In this document: piece after piece, positions 18,231-28,600 of the stretch
How the letters are laid out: each line of letters opens with the position of its first letter
Numbering within the stretch: position 1 is the first letter of the stretch
Origin: Deltaproteobacteria bacterium
GTDB lineage: Bacteria > Desulfobacterota > Desulfobacteria > Desulfobacterales > SpSt-501
DNA length: 64,000 nt
Assembly (NCBI GenBank): GCA_016219005.1
Contig: JACRCN010000033.1
Location: 7,595 to 71,594, forward strand
Direction of reading: 5' to 3'
Notes under the pieces: generated by a model
Told to the model about the DNA's origin: nothing
The model's input: the letters and a program-made list of their open reading frames with translations, nothing else
Databases searched by the model: none
Translations under genes and position numbers: made by a program

Positions 18231-19010
18231 TTACTTTTCTTTCCAGATCGGCTTTCGTTTTTGGAAAAATGCTTCAACGCCTTCTTTGGCATCATCCGTC
18301 GTGCACAATCGGGCAAAGGCTTCGTTCATGTACGCAAACTGCTTCGCATAGTCCATGTCTTCGGCGTAGTAAAAGGCACTTTTTGCAATTTGAACCGCCA
18401 TAGGGCTCTTTTTCGCCAGTTCATCCGCGGACTGGCGGGCCTGCGATTCCAATTCATCCTTCGGCACTATTTTGTTAATCAAGCCCAAGGCGAGGGCTTC
18501 GGAAGCTGAAATCAAATTACCGTAAAGCAACAGTTCGAGTGCTTTCTTGCGACCGACGCATCGGGCAACGGGAAGGACAGGCCCGACACAATTGAGGCCC
18601 ACGTTGATGGCCGTCAGTCCCATGCGGGCATTATCTGCAGAAATGACCAGATCTGCTGAGGCGACCAGCCCCATGCCGTTAGCGGCAGCCACGCCATGCA
18701 GTTGAGCGATGACCGGCTTCTTCATCTTCGAAATTGCGACAAGGGGGCGCTCCATTCGTTCGATCCATTCGCGGTATTCCAGCGCCGTCTTGTCAGACAG
18801 TTCATTGACGTCTATGCCCACACAAAAGGATTTGCCGGCACCTTTCAAAAGAACAACCCGAACCTTCGGATTGGCGTCCAGTTCCACAAGTGCCTGATAA
18901 AGCTCCTCAGCCATCTGGCTGTCGAGCGCATTCAATTGTTCCGGCCGGTTTAAGGTGATCTCCGCCACATGGTTCTGGCCTACTTCAACAATCACTTTTT
19001 CATACCTCAT
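18231..19010 (-). CDS. enoyl-CoA hydratase/isomerase family protein
   Basis: Crotonase fold: LNRPEQLNALD, FCVGIDV, AQLHGVAAANGMGL. Confidence 0.85.
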   Translation of the reverse strand: MRYEKVIVEVGQNHVAEITLNRPEQLNALDSQMAEELYQALVELDANPKVRVVLLKGAGKSFCVGIDVNELSDKTALEYREWIERMERPLVAISKMKKPVIAQLHGVAAANGMGLVASADLVISADNARMGLTAINVGLNCVGPVLPVARCVGRKKALELLLYGNLISASEALALGLINKIVPKDELESQARQSADELAKKSPMAVQIAKSAFYYAEDMDYAKQFAYMNEAFARLCTTDDAKEGVEAFFQKRKPIWKEK

Positions 19011-19137
19011 TTTAAGACCTCCCCATTCAGACCCGTTTTGAAGTTGCCGACATGATCAGGTCGTACGCTCCTTGCCATTGCCCCCGGATTGCACCGTTGC
19101 TCATTTCATATGGAATATTTCAATATTTTGCAACGAA

Positions 19138-19344
19138 TCAACAGGAGACGGTTCTCACAGATATTTCTTGAGAGCCCCGGTCCACGAACTGGCCGCCGGC
19201 ATCCGTGGGGTCCACGTGGCGCCAGAACACCTGAAGCAGCTGCGCATAGGTCACCTGGTCCGGGTCGTAGACCACCTTCACGGCCTCGGCGTGGCCGCTG
19301 CCGCCGGCCGAGACCTGCTCGTAGGTAGGGAAATACGGCGTCAA
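19138..19344 (-). pseudogene. msrA: peptide-methionine (S)-S-oxide reductase MsrA relic
   Basis: [42 protein letters not shown] matches the MsrA core. The N-terminal catalytic GCFWC region is absent because the fragment begins at the kinase stop codon. The C-terminus is out of frame. Confidence 0.6.
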
Positions 19345-20426
19345 CCGGCCCGGGTTGCCGGATTGATGGGCAGTTCGAACCAGACCACGACTCGTTCACC
19401 GCTTAACTCGGCGCCCACCCTGCCGCCGTGAGCCTCAACCAGCTCCTTGACGATGGCCAAGCCGATCCCGGCGCCGCCGTGTTGTCGCGACCGTGATTTT
19501 TCACCGCGGTAAAAACGCTCGAAAATGTAGGGCAGATCCCCGGGGGCCAGTTCCCCGCCGTTGTTGGTGTAGTCGACCCGAACATTTTCGGGGCCGGCCT
19601 CGATGCGGATGTCGAGTGCACCGTTTTGCGGCGTGTACCGGGCGGCATTGTCGGTCAGGTTGCGCAGCACGCGGGCGACCCGGCGCCGATCAGCCGACAC
19701 GGTCACCGGGCCTTCCGGGGCATGGATGTCCACCCGAATGGATTTTTGGGTAAAGGAGCGTGAAAAGGGCTCCAGAGCCGCGTTGATCTCGGCCCGCAGG
19801 TCGGTAGGCTCGCGGTGCAGGTCGCCGCGGGCCGCATCGGCCCTGGCGAGCTGGAGCACGTCCTCCGTGAGCTGGACCAGCCGCAGGGTTTCATCCTGAA
19901 GCATGGAAAAGGTCTCGGGTGACGGGGGAAGGACGCCGTCGTTGAGGGCTTCCAGGTATCCGCGGATGTTGGTGAGCGGGGTTCGGAGCTCGTGCGCCAC
20001 GTCGATCATCAGATTGCGGCGCAGGTTTTGTATCTTCTCCAGACTTTCGGCCATCCGGTTGAAGGCATGGGCGAGCTGGCCCACCTCGTCCTCGGTGGCG
20101 GTCGGCACCCGGACGGCGAAGTTGCCGGCGGCAATCTCCCGGCTGATCACGGTCATGCGGGTCAGGGGGGCGAGAACCTTGCGCATCATTACAAAACTGA
20201 GCACCACGGTCAGGACGACGGCCGATAGACTAGCCCAAATCAGGTAGCGGTGCACGGCGCTGATGAACATGCTGTGGGCGGGCTTGGGGGAGATGTTGTA
20301 CTTTTCCATGAGGGTGACGAAATAGCCAGCGGCCAGGGTGTCGATGGAGAACCACACGACCGCCATGACAAAGCCTATGACCGCCAGGTTGATGGCCAGG
20401 AGCTTGAGGATCAGGTGCCGTTTCAT
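19341..20426 (-). CDS. sensor histidine kinase (2 TM, HAMP, HisKA, HATPase_c)
   Basis: H-box [14 protein letters not shown]-box [11 protein letters not shown]-box [14 protein letters not shown]. Confidence 0.85.
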   Translation of the reverse strand: MKRHLILKLLAINLAVIGFVMAVVWFSIDTLAAGYFVTLMEKYNISPKPAHSMFISAVHRYLIWASLSAVVLTVVLSFVMMRKVLAPLTRMTVISREIAAGNFAVRVPTATEDEVGQLAHAFNRMAESLEKIQNLRRNLMIDVAHELRTPLTNIRGYLEALNDGVLPPSPETFSMLQDETLRLVQLTEDVLQLARADAARGDLHREPTDLRAEINAALEPFSRSFTQKSIRVDIHAPEGPVTVSADRRRVARVLRNLTDNAARYTPQNGALDIRIEAGPENVRVDYTNNGGELAPGDLPYIFERFYRGEKSRSRQHGGAGIGLAIVKELVEAHGGRVGAELSGERVVVWFELPINPATRAG

Positions 20427-20452
20427 CAGAGGCTCCTCGTGTCCTGCGGCTG

Positions 20453-21151
20453 CTACTCGGTAAACTTATACCCCACGCCGCGCACGGTCAGGATGTACCT
20501 TGGGGCGGACGGGTCCGTTTCGATTTTCTGCCGCAGCTTGCCGATGTGAACGTCCACCACGCGATCGATCACCACCGTTTCGCCCTGGGGATAGAGGCGG
20601 TTCAGCAGTTCGTCCCGGGTCAATATCCGGCCTGGAACGGACATCAGCGCCTCCAATAGGGCGAACTCGTGCGGGGTGACGGACACCGACCGACCGGCCA
20701 CGCTGAGCTGGCGCTTTTCCAGGTCCAGCAGGACATCCGCGTGCGATAGAATCGCTTTCCGGCCGGGGTCCGGGCGGGGTGCCCGCCGCAGGACCGCCTT
20801 GACGCGCGCCACCAGTTCCCGGGGGCTGAAGGGTTTCACCATGTAGTCATCGGCCCCCAGGGTGAGCCCGGAGACCCGATCGATCTCCTCACCCCGGGCG
20901 GTGAGCATGATAATCGGTACCTCGGATTTCTGCCGCAAACGTCGGCAGACCTCCCACCCATCTGTCTTGGGCAACATCAGGTCCAGGATGATCAGGTCCG
21001 GGTGCCGGCGCTCGGCCAAGGATAGACCCGTTTCGCCATCACCGGCCGTTAATACCCGGAAATTTTCACGCTTCAGGTAGAGCGCCACCAAGTCGGCGGT
21101 GTTGCGGTCGTCTTCGATAACGAGAACGGTTTTTTCGTTGGTTTGGCTCAT
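20453..21151 (-). CDS. OmpR/PhoB-family response regulator
   Basis: Receiver domain VLVIEDD...ILDLMLPKTDG and winged helix TVRGVGYKF. The ATG at 21151 is preferred over the ORF-track start at 21202. Confidence 0.9.
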   Translation of the reverse strand: MSQTNEKTVLVIEDDRNTADLVALYLKRENFRVLTAGDGETGLSLAERRHPDLIILDLMLPKTDGWEVCRRLRQKSEVPIIMLTARGEEIDRVSGLTLGADDYMVKPFSPRELVARVKAVLRRAPRPDPGRKAILSHADVLLDLEKRQLSVAGRSVSVTPHEFALLEALMSVPGRILTRDELLNRLYPQGETVVIDRVVDVHIGKLRQKIETDPSAPRYILTVRGVGYKFTE

Positions 21152-21294
21152 GGGCGTTGCTCGATGGTTCAAAGAGATCCCCCACCGGAGATGCCGGACC
21201 ATCTCTTGGGGGAGCCTGCGCTAAGCCGGAAGGTACGCGGCTGACGTTGATTATTTCAAACCTCGGGACAACGCAGCCATGGAGCGTCAGATGA

Positions 21295-21434
21295 GAAGTT
21301 ATCTCAAAAATGCATTTAACGGTCGAGGGCGGCGTTGTACGCCTCTGAAAAATGCTCACCACCTGACGCGGATAGGCTTTTTATCGGTGTGCGCCTTGCC
21401 CGCGTCCGTGATCTGCTATTTTTGAGATGGCTTC
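21295..21434 (-). repeat. ~140-bp MITE-like repeat, copy C (inverted orientation)
   Basis: Its reverse complement aligns end to end with 15001..15141, including both TIRs. Confidence 0.85.
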
Positions 21435-21441
21435 GAGTCTT

Positions 21442-22191
21442 TCAAGCCGGTTTCAGCGTGAAACGCCAGGCGCAATACCACTCCTCGGAGTGTGGGTCGG
21501 GCGGGCAGCCGATGCACTCGGTCTCGATCCGGTCGTCGATGCTGCGCGCAAAGTAGGCGTACTCCACCAGGCCCGCGGACTTGCAGGGGTAATCCGCAAG
21601 GCCTTTGCGTCTGCGGGTGGACTGCACCCGGCACTCGTTCATCTGGAACACCAGGCTGCCGGGGCTCTCCTCGATGATGGACTGGGTGTTGATTTGCGCG
21701 TAGATCCGGAAATCGAGGGCTTTTTTGAGCCCCATCAGCCCCGGTCGCTCGGGCAGATTGAGAAAGCGCTTGATGGACCAGGCCTCGATGGGCGAAAACT
21801 GGCCCCACACGGAGTCGTTGCAGCGCTTGGCGTCGTTCATGCCGTCTTTGAACTCCACCGCCTGAAACCATACCCCGTCGTTGGCGAGCCAATTGGTGCA
21901 GAACCCTTCCAGCAGTTTATTCAGCGCGCCCCGGTCCATATCGAGCAGGACCTGCGGCAGGCCGTCTTTCAGCTCGAATCCGAACACCTTGGACAACCGG
22001 TTCATCTGAATGTCCATGCTGCGCTCGTAGGCCGTCTTCAGAATCCCCAGTGCCCGCGCGGTCCCCATCTGGTGCCGCACCTCGGTGAACCACAAGCCGT
22101 AATGCAGGAGGGATCGGTGGAGGATGTCCAAAATAAACCGAACGAGTTCGGTCTGGTTCAAGTCGTCGATGCGCTGGCTATCGTCTGGCAT
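21442..22191 (-). CDS. hypothetical protein with Cys-rich C-terminus
   Basis: About 249-aa ORF with coding-like composition and GAGG 5 nt before the ATG at 22191. The C-terminus carries CRV...C...CIGCP. No confident family assignment. Confidence 0.55.
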   Translation of the reverse strand: MPDDSQRIDDLNQTELVRFILDILHRSLLHYGLWFTEVRHQMGTARALGILKTAYERSMDIQMNRLSKVFGFELKDGLPQVLLDMDRGALNKLLEGFCTNWLANDGVWFQAVEFKDGMNDAKRCNDSVWGQFSPIEAWSIKRFLNLPERPGLMGLKKALDFRIYAQINTQSIIEESPGSLVFQMNECRVQSTRRRKGLADYPCKSAGLVEYAYFARSIDDRIETECIGCPPDPHSEEWYCAWRFTLKPA

Positions 22192-22306
22192 GTCCACCTC
22201 GGTCTGGTGATGGGCAACGAGTTGAAAACCTTACACCCGGGAAGTGCAGCGGCCTGTACCTATTTGTCCTTTTCTCCTTACGCGTTACTCATTTCTTGCT
22301 ATTTCT

Positions 22307-23476
22307 TCAACGGGCCCTATACTTCTCCGGCAGAGTCGCCTTGGGGTTCCAGTCCCTGGGCCATTTCTGTCCGTCGCTTTCAGCGAGCTTTTTCTTGGCC
22401 GCCGTGAGGCCGGGCCGGGCGAACTTGGGGTGTCCCTGCTTCAAGGTGCGGCCGTTGATGGCGGCCTCGGAGCGCAGCCGGTGGCCGACGGTCCGCTCCA
22501 TCTGCCGGCCGAGCCACAGAATGCGGTCCACGTTGTACCCATGCTCGATGCCCATTTCGTCGATCTGGACCAGTGTGTCTTCGAGGCAGACAAGGCCGAC
22601 GTAGCGCGGGTCGTCATAGTAGTAGGCCCCTGTACCCGGCACCGGGCAGTCGTCCAGGAAGTTGGCCGGCTGGCCGCCCATGCCGCCGAGGGTAGCTTCG
22701 AAGCGGGTGATCCCCGCCTGCAGCGCCGCCAGGATCGACGCCGAGGCCACGCGCTTGGTCTCGTGGAAGTGGGCCACGTGCAGGTTCGGGTCGGGGATCT
22801 CGTCCAGGATCATCGAGTAGTACCGGTAAACCTGCGCGGCCGACGCGCTGCCGTCGTGGTCGGCATGCTCGATGTCGTAGGCGCCGATCTCAAGCCAGCG
22901 TTTGGTGAACTCGACCGCATCCTTCATGTCTGTCGCGCCGCCGATGGGGCTGCCCCAGATGGTGCTGACCGTGCCGCACATCTTCATGCCGGCATCGTTG
23001 CACTTCCGAATGGCGCGCTCGCACTCCTTCCAATACTGGGGCAGCGTGCAGCCGGAATTGGCAAAATGGTGCTCCTCTTCGGTGGACACCATCATGAGCA
23101 GCCGGTCCGGGCCGATGCCGCGTTGCTTCAGTTCGACCGCCTGGTCCACCGCTGACTCGCGGATCGTGATCGCCGTGAAGGTGACGTCATCGATGTTGAT
23201 ACCCTTGCGTTCACAGCGTTTGCGGAACTGGTCGCTGCGCACGTGGATCAGCATCTCTTCCGCGTCCCTGAACTGGGGCATCAAAAAGGGATTGCCCAGG
23301 TTGGTGATCTCGATGTGGCGGCAGCCGGCGAAAATGAGCTCTTCCAGGTAAAATTTCTTGGCGCGGGTGGAAATGAATTTTTCAAGATGCTGAAACCCGT
23401 CCCGCACGGTGATGTCGCCGATCTGAACCTTCTGGGGCATTCTGGGGAAAATCTTCCAGTAGTCGTGCTCTGTCAT
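22307..23476 (-). CDS. HMGL-like (pyruvate carboxyltransferase / HMG-CoA lyase family) protein
   Basis: N-terminal IGDITVRDGFQ motif of the DRE-TIM HMGL-like family, about 389 aa. An alternative GTG start lies at 23482. Confidence 0.75.
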   Translation of the reverse strand: MTEHDYWKIFPRMPQKVQIGDITVRDGFQHLEKFISTRAKKFYLEELIFAGCRHIEITNLGNPFLMPQFRDAEEMLIHVRSDQFRKRCERKGINIDDVTFTAITIRESAVDQAVELKQRGIGPDRLLMMVSTEEEHHFANSGCTLPQYWKECERAIRKCNDAGMKMCGTVSTIWGSPIGGATDMKDAVEFTKRWLEIGAYDIEHADHDGSASAAQVYRYYSMILDEIPDPNLHVAHFHETKRVASASILAALQAGITRFEATLGGMGGQPANFLDDCPVPGTGAYYYDDPRYVGLVCLEDTLVQIDEMGIEHGYNVDRILWLGRQMERTVGHRLRSEAAINGRTLKQGHPKFARPGLTAAKKKLAESDGQKWPRDWNPKATLPEKYRAR

Positions 23477-23678
23477 GGCCACTTTTCCTTTCTCGATTGA
23501 TCGCAGTTCTCAGATTCTTTCATTTCGTCGTGACGGTTCTCTACAGGGATCAGGTCAAGCGACCGACATTGAGAAGGCCCGGGCGAATCCATTTGGGCAA
23601 ACACACTAGCAAGGTTCAGGTAGAATGGTTGATAATTTTTTCACCCGACCCCTTGACCCCTCGATCTCATGCACCCTT

Positions 23679-24461
23679 TTATTTCCCCTTGTACACCGGT
23701 TTTCTCTTCTCCCGGAACGCGGATAGGCCCTCCAGGCGGTCCTCGGTGGGGATGGTGACCCAGTAGGCGTTGGATTCGATCGCCAGCCCCGTGGCGATGT
23801 CGGTCTCGATCCCGTGGTTGATGGCGTACTTGGCCTGCTCGATGGCGATGGGGCCGGTCTCGCAGATCATGGTGGCTATTTTAAGGCATTCGCTCAAAAG
23901 GCCCTGCGGTTCAGCCACCTGGTTCACGAGTCCGATGCGCTCGGCCTCGGCTGCATCCACCCGCCGGCCGGTGAAAATGAGCTCCTTGGCTTTGCCGCGG
24001 CCCACCAGCCGCGGCAACCGCTGGGTGCCGCCCGCCCCCGGGATGATGGCCAACCGCGTTTCGGTCAACCCCATCGTCGCGGTTTTCGATGCGAGACGGA
24101 TGTCACAGGCCAGCGCCAACTCGGTTCCGCCGCCGAGGGCGATGCCATTCACCGCGGCTATAACCGGCTTGTTCAACTGCTCGATTGCGGTGAAAAGATT
24201 GCGGATGGTGTAAATGTATTCCTTGACTTTTTCCGGCGCCAAGGTGGCACGTTCCTTTAAATCCGCCCCGGAACAAAAGGCCTTTTGTCCGGCGCCGGTG
24301 ATGATGATGACCCGGATATCGCGCCGGAAGCGGACACTCTCGACCGTGTCCCGCAACGCAAACAAGAGCGGAAAGTTCAGCGAGTTCATGACCTCGGGCC
24401 GGTTCAGCGTCAGCGTCACGACCCCGTATGCCTCTTCAACCAGCAATACGTCTTCACTCAT
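23679..24461 (-). CDS. enoyl-CoA hydratase (crotonase)
   Basis: LNRPEVMNSLN, FCSGADLKE, AAVNGIALGGGTELALACD. Confidence 0.85.
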   Translation of the reverse strand: MSEDVLLVEEAYGVVTLTLNRPEVMNSLNFPLLFALRDTVESVRFRRDIRVIIITGAGQKAFCSGADLKERATLAPEKVKEYIYTIRNLFTAIEQLNKPVIAAVNGIALGGGTELALACDIRLASKTATMGLTETRLAIIPGAGGTQRLPRLVGRGKAKELIFTGRRVDAAEAERIGLVNQVAEPQGLLSECLKIATMICETGPIAIEQAKYAINHGIETDIATGLAIESNAYWVTIPTEDRLEGLSAFREKRKPVYKGK

Positions 24462-24592
24462 GCCGACCTCCTGTAGGATTGGTCCCTTGCAAATATAAAT
24501 CTATGCAAACTAGTTAAATTTTCCTGAAGCCATTGGCGCTTGAAGACCGATTGCGAAGAAGCGCTGGAGCATGCTGAGGGTGCTCCATCAAA

Positions 24593-24612
24593 ATGAGCGA
24601 GCGCTCGTTCAT
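24593..24612. promoter_or_regulatory. 20-bp imperfect palindrome, candidate TetR operator
   Basis: ATGAGCGAGC|GCTCGTTCAT (9/10 symmetric) lies in the divergent intergenic region between the crotonase and tetR. A related GAGCGCTCGCTC motif sits at 24737..24748. Confidence 0.3.
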
Positions 24613-24822
24613 GTTTAGACTATCTCATCCCCGTTTGTCAATCGCTTCATGCAACCGTTGGCCGGCATGCCGTGATGGCTTTTGAAGAGGAATGCTTGAC
24701 AACGGTTTCGGCGGTGTGTAAAGATTAAAAACGATTGAGCGCTCGCTCGGCGAGCGGGCCGGACGCCGGCGTTTCAAATCCAGCCCCATCCGGTGAAACC
24801 TCCGGGTGGATCGTGAGCTCCG

Positions 24823-25470
24823 ATGCAGAGAGTGAACCGCACGGCTACCATCCCCACCCAGGTCAAGAACCCCGATCTGGTCGAACGCCGGCGCCGCCAG
24901 ATTGCGGACGCGGCCGTCCGGCTGTTTATCGAGAGGGGCTTCCACAAGACCACCACGCGGCAGATTGCCCGTGCGGCCGGCATTTCCATCGGGTCCCTCT
25001 ACGAGTATTTCAACTGCAAGGAAGACATCCTGTACCTGGTGTGCGACTTCATCCATTCGGAAATGGAACAGGGGGTCACCCAGGCCATGACCAAAGCCAC
25101 CGGAGGACGGGATGCCTTGGCCAAGGTCATTCGGGAATATTTTATGGTCTGCCATCGGATGAGCGACTTCATCCTGATGATCTACCAGGAAACCCAGTCC
25201 TTGCCCGGGCAGTGGCAGAAAAGGGTCCTGGAAAACGAGCTGCGGATCACAGGCCTGCTGGTCGGCGTTCTCGCCCGGCTCTCGCAATCGGGAGATCTGC
25301 CGCATCGGGACGAGCGCTCCATCGAACTGACCGCCCACAACATCGTGGTGATGGGCCACATGTGGACCTTCCGCCGCTGGTTTCTCGGCAAGCACTACAG
25401 CATTGAAGACTACATCAAGCTCCAGACGGCGGCGGTTCTGCGGATGTGCACGGGCGGCCAGGGGAAATGA
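24823..25470 (+). CDS. TetR/AcrR family transcriptional regulator
   Basis: N-terminal HTH GFHKTTTRQIARAAGISIGSLYEYF. Confidence 0.85.
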   Translation: MQRVNRTATIPTQVKNPDLVERRRRQIADAAVRLFIERGFHKTTTRQIARAAGISIGSLYEYFNCKEDILYLVCDFIHSEMEQGVTQAMTKATGGRDALAKVIREYFMVCHRMSDFILMIYQETQSLPGQWQKRVLENELRITGLLVGVLARLSQSGDLPHRDERSIELTAHNIVVMGHMWTFRRWFLGKHYSIEDYIKLQTAAVLRMCTGGQGK

Positions 25471-25633
25471 TGCGTCCCGCGTGACGAAGTGAAGGATGCC
25501 GGGTGCACGATGAAAAAATTTCTTTCCGCTTCTTCCCGCTATCCAGGATCGGGTATCCCGTGTCCCGGTCGCATCCATTTCGGGCCAATGGGCCAACGGA
25601 CCCATCGGCAAACGTTCTGATAAGGGGGATCGT

Positions 25634-28600
25634 ATGAACGCACTCGCCGAAACCTACAAACCCCAACACCCCATCCGGGTGGTGACGGCCACCTCGCTCT
25701 TCGACGGTCACGACGCGGCCATCAACATCATGCGCCGGATCATCCAGGACACCGGGGTCGAGGTGATCCATCTCGGCCACAACCGCTCCGTGCAGGAGAT
25801 CGTGGACGCAGCCGTCGAGGAGGACGTCCAGGGGGTGGCGGTTTCAAGCTACCAGGGCGGCCACATCGAATTTTTCAAATACCTGGTCGACCTCCTGCGC
25901 GAGCGCGGCGCCGCCCACGTCAAGGTCTTCGGCGGCGGCGGCGGTGTGATCGTGCCGGAGGAAATCCGGGAGCTCGAAGCTTACGGCGTCGCCAAGATCT
26001 ACGCGCCCGAAGACGGTACCCGCATGGGGCTGCAAGGCATGATCAACCACCTGGTCCAGGCGCTTGACTTCCCCACCGTGCGGGGCTTCGATTTCCCTTT
26101 CGATGCCCTCACGCCGGACAACAAACGCCTGGTGGCGAACCTGATCTCGGCCGCCGAGGTTGCCAAAGCCATTCAGAACGGCCACCTGGCCAAGCTGCGC
26201 GCGGAACTCGCGACGAAAATCGGCCAACGCCGGGTACCGGTCATCGGCATCACCGGCACCGGCGGGGCGGGCAAATCCTCCCTGACCGACGAGTTGATCG
26301 TGCGCCTCCTGCACGACCTCGAGCAGGTACGCGTGGCGGTGCTGAGCTGCGACCCGTCGCGCCGGAAAACCGGCGGGGCGCTCTTGGGGGACCGCATCCG
26401 CATGAACGCCATCGGCAGTCCGAGGGTCTACATGCGCTCGCTCGCCACCCGCGGCTCCGCCACGGAGGTGCCCGAGGCCCTGGCCGACGCCATTATGACC
26501 GTCAAAGCGGCGGGTTTTGATCTGGTCATCACCGAAACCGCCGGCATCGGCCAGGGCGACTCGAGCATCGTCGACCTCGTGGACGTGTCCATGTATGTCA
26601 TGACGAGCGAGTACGGGGCCGCCTCCCAGCTCGAGAAGATCGACATGCTGGATTTCGCCGACCTGGCGGTGGTCAACAAGTTCGAGAAGCGCGGCAGCGA
26701 CGACGCCGTGCAGCACGTGCGCAAGCAGGTCCAGCGCAACCGCAAGGCCTTTGACCGACGGCCCGAGGAGATGGCGGTCTTCGGCACCATCGCCTCCAAG
26801 TTTAACGACGACGGGGTGACCGCTCTCTACCACGCCCTGATGGACACCATCGCCGCCAAGACCGGGGTCCGGTTCGAAACGACCCTGCCCCGGCCTGACG
26901 GCAAGACCTCCTCCTCGAAGACCATCATCATCCCGCCGGAGCGGGTCCGTTACCTGAGCGAGATCGCCGACACGATTCGAGGCTATCATCGCGAGACCCG
27001 GCAGCAGATGCAGGCCCTGCGACGGGGCTGGCACCTCGAGGAGGCGGCCCGGGCGCTGACGGGCGAGGCGCCGCAGTTGCTCGCGCGGCTCCGGGAGGAG
27101 GCCCGCACGTCGGAAGAGGCGCTCGATCCCGAGACCCGCCGGGTCATGGCGGACTGGCGCGACGTAAAGGATCTCTATAGCGCGGATGAGCTGGTTTACA
27201 TGGTCCGGGAGCGCGAGATCCGGCTGCCGCTCTACACGGAATCCCTCGCCCACTCCCGCATCCCCAAGATCGTACTGCCGCGGTTCGAGGACCCGGCCGA
27301 GATCTACCGCTGGATGCGCGAGGAAAACGTTCCCGGCCGCTTCCCGTTCACCGCCGGCGTCTTCCCCCTCAAGCGTGCGGACGAGGACCCCACGCGCATG
27401 TTCGCCGGCGAAGGCGACCCGGCGCGCACCAACCGGCGCTTCAAGATGCTCTCGGCCAACTACGAGGCCACGCGCCTGTCGACCGCCTTCGACTCGGTGA
27501 CGCTTTACGGCTTCGACCCGGACATCCGGCCCGACATCTACGGCAAGGTGGGCACCTCGGGGGTCAGCATCTGCAGCCTGGACGACGTCAAGGTGCTCTA
27601 CGGCGGCTTCGAGCTCTGCGCGCCCAACACGTCGGTTTCCATGACGATCAACGGCCCGGCGCCCATCATGCTGGCCATGTTCCTCAACGCCGCCATCGAC
27701 CAGCAGATGGACGCGTTCGCGGCTCAAAACGGCCGCAGGCCGGACCCGGCCGAGCACGCGAAGATCCGCGCCACGGTCCTGTCCAACGTACGCGGTACGA
27801 TCCAGGCCGACATCCTCAAGGAGGACCAGGGCCAGAACACCTGCATTTTCTCGATCGACTTCGCCCTGAAGATGATGGGCGACATCCAAGAGTACTTCAT
27901 CCTCAACAATGTACGCAATTTCTACTCGGTCTCGATCTCGGGGTACCACATCGCCGAGGCCGGGGCGAACCCCATCACCCAACTGGCGCTCACCCTGGCG
28001 AACGGCTTCACCTACGTGGAGTACTATCTCTCCCGGGGGATGCCCATCGACAGCTTCGCCCCGAACCTGTCCTTCTTCTTCTCGAACGGCATGGAGCCCG
28101 AGTACACGGTCATCGGCCGCGTGGCCCGGCGCATCTGGGCCATTGCCATGAAGCAACGGTACGCCGGTTCCCTGCGCGCCCAGCAGCTCAAGTACCACAT
28201 CCAGACCTCGGGCCGCTCGCTGCACAGCCAGGACCTCCAGTTCAACGACATCCGCACCACCCTCCAGGCGCTGTGCGCAAACAACGACAACTGCAACAGC
28301 CTGCACACCAATGCCTTCGACGAGGCCATCACCACCCCCAGCACCGAGTCGGTGCGCCGGGCGCTCGCGATCCAGCTCATCATCAACCGCGAGTGGGGCC
28401 TCACCAAGAACGAGAACATGAATCAGGGCAGCTTCATCGTGGAGGAGCTGACCCGCTTGGTGGAGGAAGCAGTCCTGGCGGAGTTCGACCGCATCACCGA
28501 GCGCGGCGGGGTGCTGGGTGCCATGGAAACCGGCTACCAGAGGAGCAAGATCCAGGAAGAATCCCTCTATTACGAAGCCCTGAAGCACAACGGCGGGTTG

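Noticed and set aside
24625-25611. 328-aa minus-strand ORF overlapping tetR
   Set aside because: Antisense to a clear TetR HTH protein, with no motifs.
25470-25634. Possible cobalamin riboswitch upstream of the B12-dependent icmF
   Set aside because: No B12-box-like (GCCACTG) or other conserved riboswitch core was seen in the 165-nt leader.
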